NCBI GenBank assembly: GCA_964601215.1
Contig: CAZRMN010000016.1
Span: 1 to 18,721, forward strand
Reading direction: 5' to 3'
Source: an uncultured archaeon
GTDB taxonomy: Archaea > Aenigmatarchaeota > Aenigmatarchaeia > CG10238-14 > SCSR01
DNA: 18,721 nucleotides
In this document: one piece after another, positions 6,807 to 15,453 of the stretch
Numbering within the stretch: position 1 is the first letter of the stretch
How the letters are laid out: each line of letters opens with the position of its first letter
Position numbers and translations under genes: made by a program
Notes under the pieces: generated by a model
Told to the model about the DNA's origin: nothing
The model's database searches: none
The model's input: only the letters and a program-made list of their open reading frames with translations

Positions 6807-9800
6807 ACTTACCTTCACCATACTTTGTTATCCAAAAATCAACGATTTTTTTCTTTAGTGAAGTTATATATATTTCAGCCATCCTAAACCTCCCTTGTTT
6901 TAATTTATCTTTCGCTAATTTTAATTCTGTTTTTAAATCAAATACATCTTTCCCTTCTCTTTCAAGCTTTTCTATTTCCATTTCTATTTCTTCGATGGCT
7001 TTACTAAACTCTCTATAAGTCTTAAGCTCCTTTTCAGGTATTTTATGAGGCATGTGTAATGGAGGTCTGAAAGAAACAAACCAAGGTATTCCATCATTAT
7101 ACTTTGGATTTTGCATCATCCCTACACCTACTTCTTCTCTTGCAACTCTTTTTGCATACTCTAGCCCATATTTCTTCTCAACTCTCACTAAATCTCCAAG
7201 GCCTTTTGTATGCATTTGAATTTCAGTTAATACATTTCCTTTTATTGCTTCCTTAAAGTCACTCAAAACTTGAGAGATCATTATTAGCCCAATCCCCCAT
7301 TTTCTGAATTCTCTGCAAGCCTTTTCTAAGACTATGTAACCTCCTTTTCCTCCGTATTTTTCTAATAAACGATGAACTTCATCAAAAACTATTACAAGCT
7401 TTAAACTACTCGACTCTTCCCAACCTTGTGCAAAAATTGTATTTATTATATTTGTAACCGCTTCATCATATTCTCCTGGTTTAAGCTTGTTTAAAGTGAA
7501 AATAGTAATTTCTCCTGGGTTCATGTACTTTTTGAAATCAATTTCAACTTTTGGAGTAGTAACTTCGTATATCATTCCTTTGAATGGTCTAGTATCATCC
7601 TTAGAAAGTCCAAACTTTTTATAGTATTTCAAAACTTTAGGGTCTCTACATGGCTTTACAAATCCTGTCCATTGAGCAGTTGGGTCAAAAACTATTACTG
7701 GTATTTTTCTATCTAACAATTCTTCTACAAATATGCTTCCAGTTACAGATTTTCCTGAACCAGTAGCACCAGCAATCAATACATGAGTTGTTAAATCATC
7801 CATTTTAAACGTTGCTTTCACGTTAGTTTCTGCAATTTTACCAAGCCATATTTTTCCTTTTGGAAGTTTTCTCATGTTTACTGGGAAAATGTACCTGGCT
7901 TTTGCTGCTTTCCATTTCAAATACCTCTTTCTTCCATACCATACAGAAAATGCGGAAATAACTGCTAAGCTTAAAACAGAAATCATTTGAATTCTTTGAG
8001 GAGTCCAGAATGGTTGAACTATTTCAAACAAATCCGTAGAACTTTTTTTCTTTCCATCATAAGTTGCTTCGACAACAAATAAATAAGAACCTAGTGAAAC
8101 GTTTGAAGGAATTAGTATCTCTTTTATGTACGATTCATAAGAAGATTCCATGGGTTTAATCTCACTACTCGAATAAATTACCTTTTCCGTTTCGGATTCT
8201 TTAATTAAATAAGTTATGTTAGCATCGTATCTTTTCTTTACTCCTAGGTTATAGAGCATAATTCTAAATCTTGCTATTTTTTCTGGGTTGATTTGTTTTG
8301 TTAATGCTTCAACCATTATGTCCAGTTCTATTAAACCTTTGAGTGAAACAGTTAAAGTTACTGGTAGAGTTTGTGTTTTTCCACTACTTCTTACTATTAT
8401 TTCACCAGTATAAGCTCCTGGTTCTATAGTCGGAGGAGCAAAAGCGTTTATTATTATCATACCCTCTTTTCCGCCTTGAATATTAATCGAATTCTTTTCA
8501 AGTTTAATTAGTTCTACTATAGAACCACTCAAAGAAATCGAAAAGTTAAGGTTTTTGTTCGCTTCATTTGAAATCCATAAAGCGAAATTTTTACTCTCAT
8601 TAACATTTATTTGTGCATCGGTTAAATTTGTCCTTAAGCTAAACTTGATTTCTTCTTCAGCTGGTGGAGTAGTAGGCAAACCACCTCCTGGTCCAGACGG
8701 TTGGGTTGTAGTTCCTCCGCTTGGCTGTCCACAATCCTCAGGACAGTTTAACTCAGATTCCCCAATACCACACTTTCCATTTCCACAAATTTCAATTTCA
8801 GCAGCTGCATAAACAGAAGTTGTTTTCTGGGTAGTAGACGCTAAATGTTTAGAAAAGTCTACTGTAGTATTAACTTCGCTCCAACCAGAAATACAGGATG
8901 GATATGTCCAATTAGAACACTTATAGATTTTTATACCAGGCTCATACCATATTTTTCCTTCCTGAAAATCCTCGGTATAATTAAAGGTTATAGTTAAATT
9001 TGAAAAGACAGCATTTGTTTTAATTTCAACAGCAGAAATCTTATATCTCTCAGGATTTGGCAAATCAATTATTGCTGTAGGTATTATTGACAAGTTTATT
9101 GGATTTGTCACATTTGAATTTGGATCACCAAACTGGAGTTCTGCAGTAGCTGTTGTATTAAAGTCAGATAGTTTAATGGAACTAGTTCCTATTTTTGCTA
9201 GGAAGTCATATGCTCTTTTATGCAAAGTAAAATTGTAAAAACCAGAATCATTCAAAAATGAATGAATTATGTAGTTTCTATTCGGTCTGTAAAGAGTGAA
9301 ATCTATTGGAAAGCTAGCATTCAAATACATTTGTATTGGTTCATAAACTTCAAACCAATTCACTGTTTGATTTAACCAACCAGAAGTATCGTTCGCGTAT
9401 AGTACATAATCATAATCTCCTTTTTTTGTCATATTTTCTAGAATAACTTTCCATGTTGTCCTAAGTGTGTCTGAAGTTAAATTCTGCAAATAATAAACAT
9501 AAGAAGAAGAATTTGGATAAGTTATATTGACCCAAACTTTATCAACCCCATACCAATCTGTTACATTTGCCTCTATTGTTACATTACCTCCTAAAGTTAC
9601 AGAGTTAGCATGTAAATAAGTTATAAAAGGAGGTGTTGTATCATATTCTCTAATTATTATTTCGACAGAACTTTCGTTCAAAGAAGTGTTGTAATGTCTG
9701 TAAGTACTTATGTCTGCATGGGTTATGTTACATTTTATAGTATGCAAACCTTCTGGTACTGTTGTATTGTCGCTTATGTTCCAAGTATAGCTTACGTATC

Positions 9801-12800
9801 CTATAGATTTTAAGCTAGTATTTGTTTCACCTTCATACAAAAGTATTTCATTATTATTGTACTTATCCCAGATTTTTACTGGATATTGGTCTATTCCTGA
9901 GGTTAGATTTGCATCCTCTACATAGCATACTATAGTAAGAGTTCTTTGATTTTCTGTTCTATTCACTTTTTGGTTATTGAGCGGGTAAGTTACATTAACT
10001 CTAGACCAACCGTATATCATTACTGAAACATTCTTTTCTGCTAGCTCATAAAATTCACCCTTTGCTTCAGCTTTTATTCTTAGTACTCCAGGAGCGCAAT
10101 ATCCAACAGTATAAGTTGTATTATCTCCATTTCTACTCATGCTACAAGTTGTCCATCCTTCATCAGTCGTGCTATTTCCTATCCAAGTCACATTATAAGT
10201 ATAGGATGGCAAACCACAGGAATCCTTGAGAGTAGAGTTTAATTGGATTGTCTCGCCAATATAATAAATTGAGCCTTCAACGGGTGAAATTATAGTTAAA
10301 TTCAAATAATCTTTTAAGGTTGTATTAATTGTACTGTTAATTATATTCAAATAATAGTATGGATTAACATTTCCAGATAGAGTCACATTAATTAGGTAAT
10401 AACCCAAGGCATCTGAACAATTAGTTTCCCAAGTTAAATTACAATACCCACTACTATTCGTTTGAGTCTTATTCTTTAAATTCCTATTTATATACCAGGT
10501 ACAATTGTAACCTTCAATAGGAACTGTTAACCCAAATTCATCTTGGATTCTTGCAGTAATGTTTGAAATTCCTCTGGTTAAGTTTTGAGTAGTAGTAAGG
10601 TTGATGTTAAGCTTTCCATAAATTTTTACGCTAAAGTTTTCTGAAATATTCGTTTGGTAGTAAGGATCTTGGTAAGTTCCTGCTTTCCACCATCTTTGTC
10701 CAGGTTTGTATGAAGCGTTAGGAGAAAATGTGTAATTACAAAAACCGGTTTGATTACTTATTGCATCACTCCCCCAATCCCAATGAGTTTCATTTAGAGT
10801 TATCCAAAAAGTGCAACTGGCATTTGAAACAGCTTCATTAAAATCAGTATCGTTTATTTGAATCATAAATAAAACAGAATCTGTTCTGTTTACTTCTGTA
10901 TTATTTCCCAAAACATAAATTATAGATACATTGTGCTTTGTAACGTTTGGACCATACTGCACACTACTATTTTGCCAATCATGGTATTGAATGTTTTGTG
11001 AGAAATTAAAATCTGCAAATTCAAATTTGAACAAATTATTTCCAGTCCAGCTTTTATTCGTAGTAAAATTAAAAGTAACTATTTTATTGCTTGTAGCATT
11101 TTTCTCATCTATAAGTTGCCAAACGTTTAACCTTGTAATGTTTACCCATAGTTTAATTGTTATGTTGTTGTTTTCTGCATCACTAACATTTACACTTATG
11201 TTAAACTCGCTTCCCCAAATTCCCTGAGCTGGGGTAATATTAATGTCAGAAAGTGTTGGAAGATTGTTGCTCGAACCACTTGCTTCATACAATACAGAAG
11301 AAGAATGTGGTTGTTTCCATACGAATAAGTCTTCCACATTATTTCCATTCGTGTCTTGTTTGCAAACCCAAAATGTATCACTACCAATTTGAATTGGGTA
11401 AAAAGTTGGATTGTTTGAATTACAATCTGTTGAAGGAGTGGAGGGGGTAATATCATAAAAAGTTCCGTTGTTAAACCAGTCAACTTTAAGTTTTGGTTCT
11501 GCTATAACTATAGAATCGTTTATCGTAGTGTTTGCAATTATGTCATAAAAAATTTCAGGAGTATTGTTCCAGATTGAAATATTCTTTTTCCAGAAGCCCT
11601 CGCTTACTATTGGTTGGGATTCATTTATGATAATAGGGACTGCAGAGCTCATTGAATCGTCCCATAAAGTATCATAAAATAAAGGTCCAGAACTTGGGAT
11701 AATATGGTTAAGAGCTGTTATATTACAAACTTTTTTTCCATTTAATGTAGTTACAGGATAAGAAGTTCCATTAAAGTCACATTTTGTTGCTGTATCACTT
11801 ACCCTAATATAATTAATCCTTATGTCCACTGCAGGATTATTTTTATAAGTTATATTTTTAATCTGGTTTCCAACAGATTCATTTGCTCTTACATTTCTTA
11901 TTCTAGACCAAGCACTCTTAATTTCATAAGTTATTAAATTAGAGATGTTATACTCATAGGTTATGTTTATTGAAGTAATTCTTAAATCACCTCCATAATC
12001 TGAATGAAAAACTAAAGGAATATCACAATTTCCAGTGGAATCTGCTTGACAGCTTGTCAAATAATTTTGGAATGCAGAATTGTTTGAAACAGAAGAACTT
12101 GACCTGAATTTTCCTTGATATAACCACTCTAAGTTCCCATCCCCTCCTATATCTAAGCTTACGTTTGTTGGATAATATTCAAAATTTAGGATGAAAAGGG
12201 TATAATTTGCAGGAATATTTGTTCCAGCCACAACTTCACTACCAGGGTCAGAAGTTAGATTTCCAGCTCCAACACCTCGAACATCGTTTTCTGTCAAATA
12301 ACTCCAAATAAGATAACCAGAAGAATTTAAAACATAAACTCTATCATCTAAACTACCAGCTATTATTTCGCCACCCACATCAGAAGATGTTATGTCGCTT
12401 ATTAAAACAGTGCCAACTTGTCCTTGAGTATCATAACTCCATAGAACATTACCATCGGAATCGAGCAAAAATACTGTTCCATTATTTCCAGCAACAGCAA
12501 TTTCTTCATACTCTTTACTCAAATCAGCATCTCCAACATCAACATCATTTATTTCCGTTCCTATGTTTGTATTCCACTTAAGGTTTCCAGAGGAGTTGAA
12601 AACATAAACTTTATAATCACTACCACCTGCTGCTATTTCATTTCCTTCATCAGATGAAAGGTTTCCTATAGCCACTCCTTTAAAAGAGCTACTCCCAGAA
12701 TAATTCCACAATTGTTGACCAGAGGAATCAAAAAGATAGACTCTATTATTGCTTGAAGCAACAGCAATTTCTTCATACTCTTTACTCAAATCAGCATCTC

Positions 12801-13383
12801 CAACATCAACATCATTTATCGTATTTCCTATACTCAAATTCCAGACTTGTTTTCCTGAGGAGTTTAATAAATATAAAAAACCACTAGAATCTCCACCCAC
12901 AACTTCCCTTCCTTCATGAGATGAAAGGTTTCCTATAGCTATACCATAAACATCTCCAGTTGTTGAAAAATTCCAAATACTGTTTCCTATACTATTAAGT
13001 AGTTGAATATAAGAAGGACCACTAGTTCCTATGGCAATTTCATCCCAATCGTTTGAAAAGATTACATTGCCTACACTTAAACTATAAATTTGCCGGTAAG
13101 TTGTTGAGGATACAGGCCTCATAACTCCAGTTAGGTTTATACTAGAGCTTAAAATCGTAGAATTCTTGGGAATTCTAATCCATCTTGTTTGATTTTCTAC
13201 ACCACTAAATATTATATCTTCAGTTTTGTTCGTGTTGTTTAAAGAATCTTGAGTAAAGTTAAAAACTGGGTTATCTAACTCTAAAAGAAAGGTTAATTGG
13301 GAAGAAGAAGAGAGCGCAAAACTATAGATAAAAAAAGCTAAAAAAAATGAGAAAATTACTAAAATTTTAAATTTCTTTCGCAT
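6793..13383 (-). CDS. giant (2196 aa) surface protein: signal peptide, beta-propeller repeats, multiple Ig-like domains, Cys/PT stalk, single TM, cytoplasmic FtsK/HerA-superfamily ATPase
   Basis: ATG at 13383. The N-terminus is a signal peptide (MRKKFKILVIFSFFLAFFIYSFALS). The extracellular region carries repeated ~45-aa blades (..AIGNLSSxEG.E...GG.D...Y..NSSG...WN / IG..INDVDVGDADLSKEYEEIAVA..N..V.L.DS.G..LW.Y). These are followed by ~1300 aa of beta-rich, N-x-S/T-dense sequence. Then comes CGNGKCGIGESELNCPEDCGQPSGGTTTQPSGPGGGLPTTPP, two more beta domains and a TM helix (ISVLSLAVISAFSVWY, ~7940-8000). The C-terminal ~380 aa has Walker A (HVLIAGATGSGKSV, 7747-7770), FDPT, Walker B (LVIVFDEVH, ~7369-7395) and RKWGIGLIMISQ. 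These match FtsK/HerA (DUF87)-type ATPases. The protein ends with a coiled-coil tail. Confidence 0.85.
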   Translation of the reverse strand: MRKKFKILVIFSFFLAFFIYSFALSSSSQLTFLLELDNPVFNFTQDSLNNTNKTEDIIFSGVENQTRWIRIPKNSTILSSSINLTGVMRPVSSTTYRQIYSLSVGNVIFSNDWDEIAIGTSGPSYIQLLNSIGNSIWNFSTTGDVYGIAIGNLSSHEGREVVGGDSSGFLYLLNSSGKQVWNLSIGNTINDVDVGDADLSKEYEEIAVASSNNRVYLFDSSGQQLWNYSGSSSFKGVAIGNLSSDEGNEIAAGGSDYKVYVFNSSGNLKWNTNIGTEINDVDVGDADLSKEYEEIAVAGNNGTVFLLDSDGNVLWSYDTQGQVGTVLISDITSSDVGGEIIAGSLDDRVYVLNSSGYLIWSYLTENDVRGVGAGNLTSDPGSEVVAGTNIPANYTLFILNFEYYPTNVSLDIGGDGNLEWLYQGKFRSSSSVSNNSAFQNYLTSCQADSTGNCDIPLVFHSDYGGDLRITSINITYEYNISNLITYEIKSAWSRIRNVRANESVGNQIKNITYKNNPAVDIRINYIRVSDTATKCDFNGTSYPVTTLNGKKVCNITALNHIIPSSGPLFYDTLWDDSMSSAVPIIINESQPIVSEGFWKKNISIWNNTPEIFYDIIANTTINDSIVIAEPKLKVDWFNNGTFYDITPSTPSTDCNSNNPTFYPIQIGSDTFWVCKQDTNGNNVEDLFVWKQPHSSSVLYEASGSSNNLPTLSDINITPAQGIWGSEFNISVNVSDAENNNITIKLWVNITRLNVWQLIDEKNATSNKIVTFNFTTNKSWTGNNLFKFEFADFNFSQNIQYHDWQNSSVQYGPNVTKHNVSIIYVLGNNTEVNRTDSVLFMIQINDTDFNEAVSNASCTFWITLNETHWDWGSDAISNQTGFCNYTFSPNASYKPGQRWWKAGTYQDPYYQTNISENFSVKIYGKLNINLTTTQNLTRGISNITARIQDEFGLTVPIEGYNCTWYINRNLKNKTQTNSSGYCNLTWETNCSDALGYYLINVTLSGNVNPYYYLNIINSTINTTLKDYLNLTIISPVEGSIYYIGETIQLNSTLKDSCGLPSYTYNVTWIGNSTTDEGWTTCSMSRNGDNTTYTVGYCAPGVLRIKAEAKGEFYELAEKNVSVMIYGWSRVNVTYPLNNQKVNRTENQRTLTIVCYVEDANLTSGIDQYPVKIWDKYNNNEILLYEGETNTSLKSIGYVSYTWNISDNTTVPEGLHTIKCNITHADISTYRHYNTSLNESSVEIIIREYDTTPPFITYLHANSVTLGGNVTIEANVTDWYGVDKVWVNITYPNSSSYVYYLQNLTSDTLRTTWKVILENMTKKGDYDYVLYANDTSGWLNQTVNWFEVYEPIQMYLNASFPIDFTLYRPNRNYIIHSFLNDSGFYNFTLHKRAYDFLAKIGTSSIKLSDFNTTATAELQFGDPNSNVTNPINLSIIPTAIIDLPNPERYKISAVEIKTNAVFSNLTITFNYTEDFQEGKIWYEPGIKIYKCSNWTYPSCISGWSEVNTTVDFSKHLASTTQKTTSVYAAAEIEICGNGKCGIGESELNCPEDCGQPSGGTTTQPSGPGGGLPTTPPAEEEIKFSLRTNLTDAQINVNESKNFALWISNEANKNLNFSISLSGSIVELIKLEKNSINIQGGKEGMIIINAFAPPTIEPGAYTGEIIVRSSGKTQTLPVTLTVSLKGLIELDIMVEALTKQINPEKIARFRIMLYNLGVKKRYDANITYLIKESETEKVIYSSSEIKPMESSYESYIKEILIPSNVSLGSYLFVVEATYDGKKKSSTDLFEIVQPFWTPQRIQMISVLSLAVISAFSVWYGRKRYLKWKAAKARYIFPVNMRKLPKGKIWLGKIAETNVKATFKMDDLTTHVLIAGATGSGKSVTGSIFVEELLDRKIPVIVFDPTAQWTGFVKPCRDPKVLKYYKKFGLSKDDTRPFKGMIYEVTTPKVEIDFKKYMNPGEITIFTLNKLKPGEYDEAVTNIINTIFAQGWEESSSLKLVIVFDEVHRLLEKYGGKGGYIVLEKACREFRKWGIGLIMISQVLSDFKEAIKGNVLTEIQMHTKGLGDLVRVEKKYGLEYAKRVAREEVGVGMMQNPKYNDGIPWFVSFRPPLHMPHKIPEKELKTYREFSKAIEEIEMEIEKLEREGKDVFDLKTELKLAKDKLKQGRFRMAEIYITSLKKKIVDFWITKYGEGKYGKK
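6796..7935 (-). other. cytoplasmic FtsK/HerA-like P-loop ATPase domain of the giant protein
   Basis: I verified the Walker A GATGSGKS codons by hand at 7747-7770. The Walker B DEVH is at about 7369-7395. An RKWGIGLIMISQ motif, analogous to the HerA R-K-y-G-l-g-l-i-l-i-t-Q or FtsK ATQRP segment, follows. Confidence 0.7.
12491..12552. repeat. 62-bp exact direct repeat, copy 1 (intragenic, beta-propeller blade region)
   Basis: The string gcaacagcaatttcttcatactctttactcaaatcagcatctccaacatcaacatcatttat also occurs at 12758-12819. Both copies encode INDVDVGDADLSKEYEEIAVA on the minus strand. Confidence 0.85.
12758..12819. repeat. 62-bp exact direct repeat, copy 2
   Basis: It is identical to 12491-12552, and the flanks diverge immediately on both sides. 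Confidence 0.85.
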
Positions 13384-13416
13384 ACTATCTATAAATATTT
13401 TTTATTTTCAATTAAA

Positions 13417-15405
13417 TTATTCTGATTCTAAGATCTTTTTTAATCTTCTTTTTATTTCTTCAAAAGTTTCCTCAATTCTCTTTTCTTTTCTCTTCTTGTA
13501 TTCTTTGATCAAAACATATGAAATTACTGTAAGTATTATTGCAATAGCAACTAAAACTAAACCGAAAACTATTTTTGAATATTTTGATAACTGTTGAATT
13601 TTAACATAAGGTTCACAAAATCTTTCAAAATTTTTTTCTCTTGCATAATCTCTTAGAATTCTCAAGTGATAGTTTATTTCTTCTTCGAATGGAATGAACG
13701 AAAAAACTTCAATTCTTGTCGCTTCTAGTTGAATTAGTGCGTGTGCCCGATTAACAGTTTTTTCGTACAGGGAAATTGCATAAATGAAAAAGTCTATTGC
13801 CTTTTCATAATTATTATTTTCATATTCTTCCATTCCTATTTCTCTTACATGCTCTCCGTTTTCAAAAATTTTTTTAATTTCATTTATGTTTAAGCATTCC
13901 AAGAAAAATATTTTATTTGCCTCTTCTCTAATTTTTTCTAGTTCTGCTAGTACCAAATCAGCTGCAGATTTCCAATCTTTTCCGATTATTAAAGTTACAT
14001 TTTCTGTATTACTCTTTACGCCATCGAATGCAGTAACTTTCAAATAGTATATTTTTTCTTCAATTTCTTTCGGAATTTTTATAAGAGCGATAAAATTTTG
14101 CGTTTCGTTGGGCTTGATTTCAGTTCTTGAAGGAGTTATTGAAATCCAGTTAGAAGGTATACCTTCTACTACAACTTCTACTACTTCTGATTTTGTCCCC
14201 AAGTTTTCGACGCTTGCCACAAAACCTGTTTCGTTTCCAGGAATTGTTACAAGTATGATGGGGGAAACGTTAAGGATAAGTTTTTCAACTTGCACTGGTG
14301 GTAGGGGTACATATGCACCTGAAGGAGGTGCAACCAAACATTCTTTTACTCGAAAAATATCTGTCGATGAAATTTGAATTTCTTTATACTCAAGAGTTGC
14401 GACAAAAGTATAATAACCAGGGGATAAATCTGAAGGAACGTGTAAGCTAGGTGTTCTTTGCATGGTAGTGTCTATTGCTATAGTTTCATTTTTTTTATCA
14501 ATGTATTCATTCAAATGGTTAGTTATCATATAAGTCATGTTGATGTCAGTAATTCCAGATGGAGAAAATTTTGTTATAGTAACAATAGCATAAACGCTAT
14601 CTCCTTGGCAAACTTCCTTTTTTTCAGATGGAATAGAAACACTTAAGTCGAATATACCACTTGCATTAACATAAATTTTAACTGTAATCGTTTTTTGTTG
14701 GTCGCCAGCTTTCACACTTATATAACCAGTATAATTACCAGTTTTAGCGTCTCTTGGAACTTTTATGCTTACTGTTACACTTTTTGCTTCACTTGTTTCA
14801 GGAAGGTAAACAGTTGAATTTGATAAGCTTAACCAATCGCCTGGTTCACCAGAAGATTTGTTTAAACTTGCATAAGTTCCGTAGCAAGGATATAACAACC
14901 AAAGGTATATAGTTTCATTCGAAGAATCCCCTGGTTTCATAGTTTTTTCTATTTTTAAAGGAGAAACAACTAAAGTTCCAATACCTTTTTTTACCCTAAA
15001 TTCTGTCTCTGCATACTTGAATTCTTTATTATAGCTAAAATTACTCTTTACAGTATAAATTCCTTCTGGACTAGAGCTTTCAACTGTGTAGTTTGAAAAG
15101 AAATTTTTTGTTTCACCTCCATTAACAGAAGTTTCCCATGTTTCATTCTTTATTTCATTTTCATAAGAGTCAATAATTTTTATAGTTAGGTTACCCGAAG
15201 CCCCATAATTTCCCCTGTTTTCTAGAGTTGTGGTTATGTTTACAATTTCAGGTTCACAGTAGGAAGATTTGTCAGTTGCAACTGAAAGGAATATATTCTC
15301 TTTTAAGGCTACTGTGCTATTCATAAAAGTTTCGATCCCAGAAGAAATTGGAACTAAAAAAAAGATTAAAAATAATAAGAAAAAATATTTTTTCTTAAAA
15401 CTCAT
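13417..15405 (-). CDS. type-I membrane surface protein with tandem CARDB/NEW3-like beta-sandwich domains
   Basis: ATG at 15405. It has a signal peptide (MSFKKKYFFLLFLIFFLVPISSG). Segments such as SSYCEPEIVNITTTLENRGNYGASGNLTIKI and EVVVEGIPSNWISITPSRTEIKPNETQNFIALIKIP are CARDB-like. Many N-x-S/T sequons are present. It has a helical membrane-proximal region, a TM helix (IVFGLVLVAIAIILTVISYVLI) and a short K/R/E tail. The stop lies 33 bp upstream of the giant gene's ATG. Confidence 0.75.
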   Translation of the reverse strand: MSFKKKYFFLLFLIFFLVPISSGIETFMNSTVALKENIFLSVATDKSSYCEPEIVNITTTLENRGNYGASGNLTIKIIDSYENEIKNETWETSVNGGETKNFFSNYTVESSSPEGIYTVKSNFSYNKEFKYAETEFRVKKGIGTLVVSPLKIEKTMKPGDSSNETIYLWLLYPCYGTYASLNKSSGEPGDWLSLSNSTVYLPETSEAKSVTVSIKVPRDAKTGNYTGYISVKAGDQQKTITVKIYVNASGIFDLSVSIPSEKKEVCQGDSVYAIVTITKFSPSGITDINMTYMITNHLNEYIDKKNETIAIDTTMQRTPSLHVPSDLSPGYYTFVATLEYKEIQISSTDIFRVKECLVAPPSGAYVPLPPVQVEKLILNVSPIILVTIPGNETGFVASVENLGTKSEVVEVVVEGIPSNWISITPSRTEIKPNETQNFIALIKIPKEIEEKIYYLKVTAFDGVKSNTENVTLIIGKDWKSAADLVLAELEKIREEANKIFFLECLNINEIKKIFENGEHVREIGMEEYENNNYEKAIDFFIYAISLYEKTVNRAHALIQLEATRIEVFSFIPFEEEINYHLRILRDYAREKNFERFCEPYVKIQQLSKYSKIVFGLVLVAIAIILTVISYVLIKEYKKRKEKRIEETFEEIKRRLKKILESE

Positions 15406-15453
15406 AATTCAATTTAAAAGTTTGGAAAAAATAAATTTAAGTAAAGTGGAAGC
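15406..15453. promoter_or_regulatory. 48-bp AT-rich divergent intergenic region (putative back-to-back promoters)
   Basis: The sequence aattcaatttaaaagtttggaaaaaataaatttaagtaaagtggaagc lies between the minus-strand 662-aa gene and the plus-strand A1 gene. It has TATA-like runs on both strands. GTGGA precedes the A1 ATG by 4 nt. Confidence 0.35.

Noticed and set aside
5865-6821. Calling the coiled-coil protein an archaellum (FlaC/D/E) or SMC-like component
   Set aside because: It has only generic K/E-rich heptads. It has no ATPase or hinge motifs, and no flagellin or FlaI/FlaJ genes are nearby, so I leave it as hypothetical.
6800-14646. Plus- and minus-strand ORFs antisense to or nested in the large surface genes (6800-7018, 8555-8812, 10991-11227, 11196-11483, 11253-11450, 12387-12581, 14108-14377, 14458-14646)
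   Set aside because: They lie entirely inside much longer, well-supported coding frames on the other strand. Their translations are low-complexity or hydrophobic junk typical of antisense reading of AT-rich genes.
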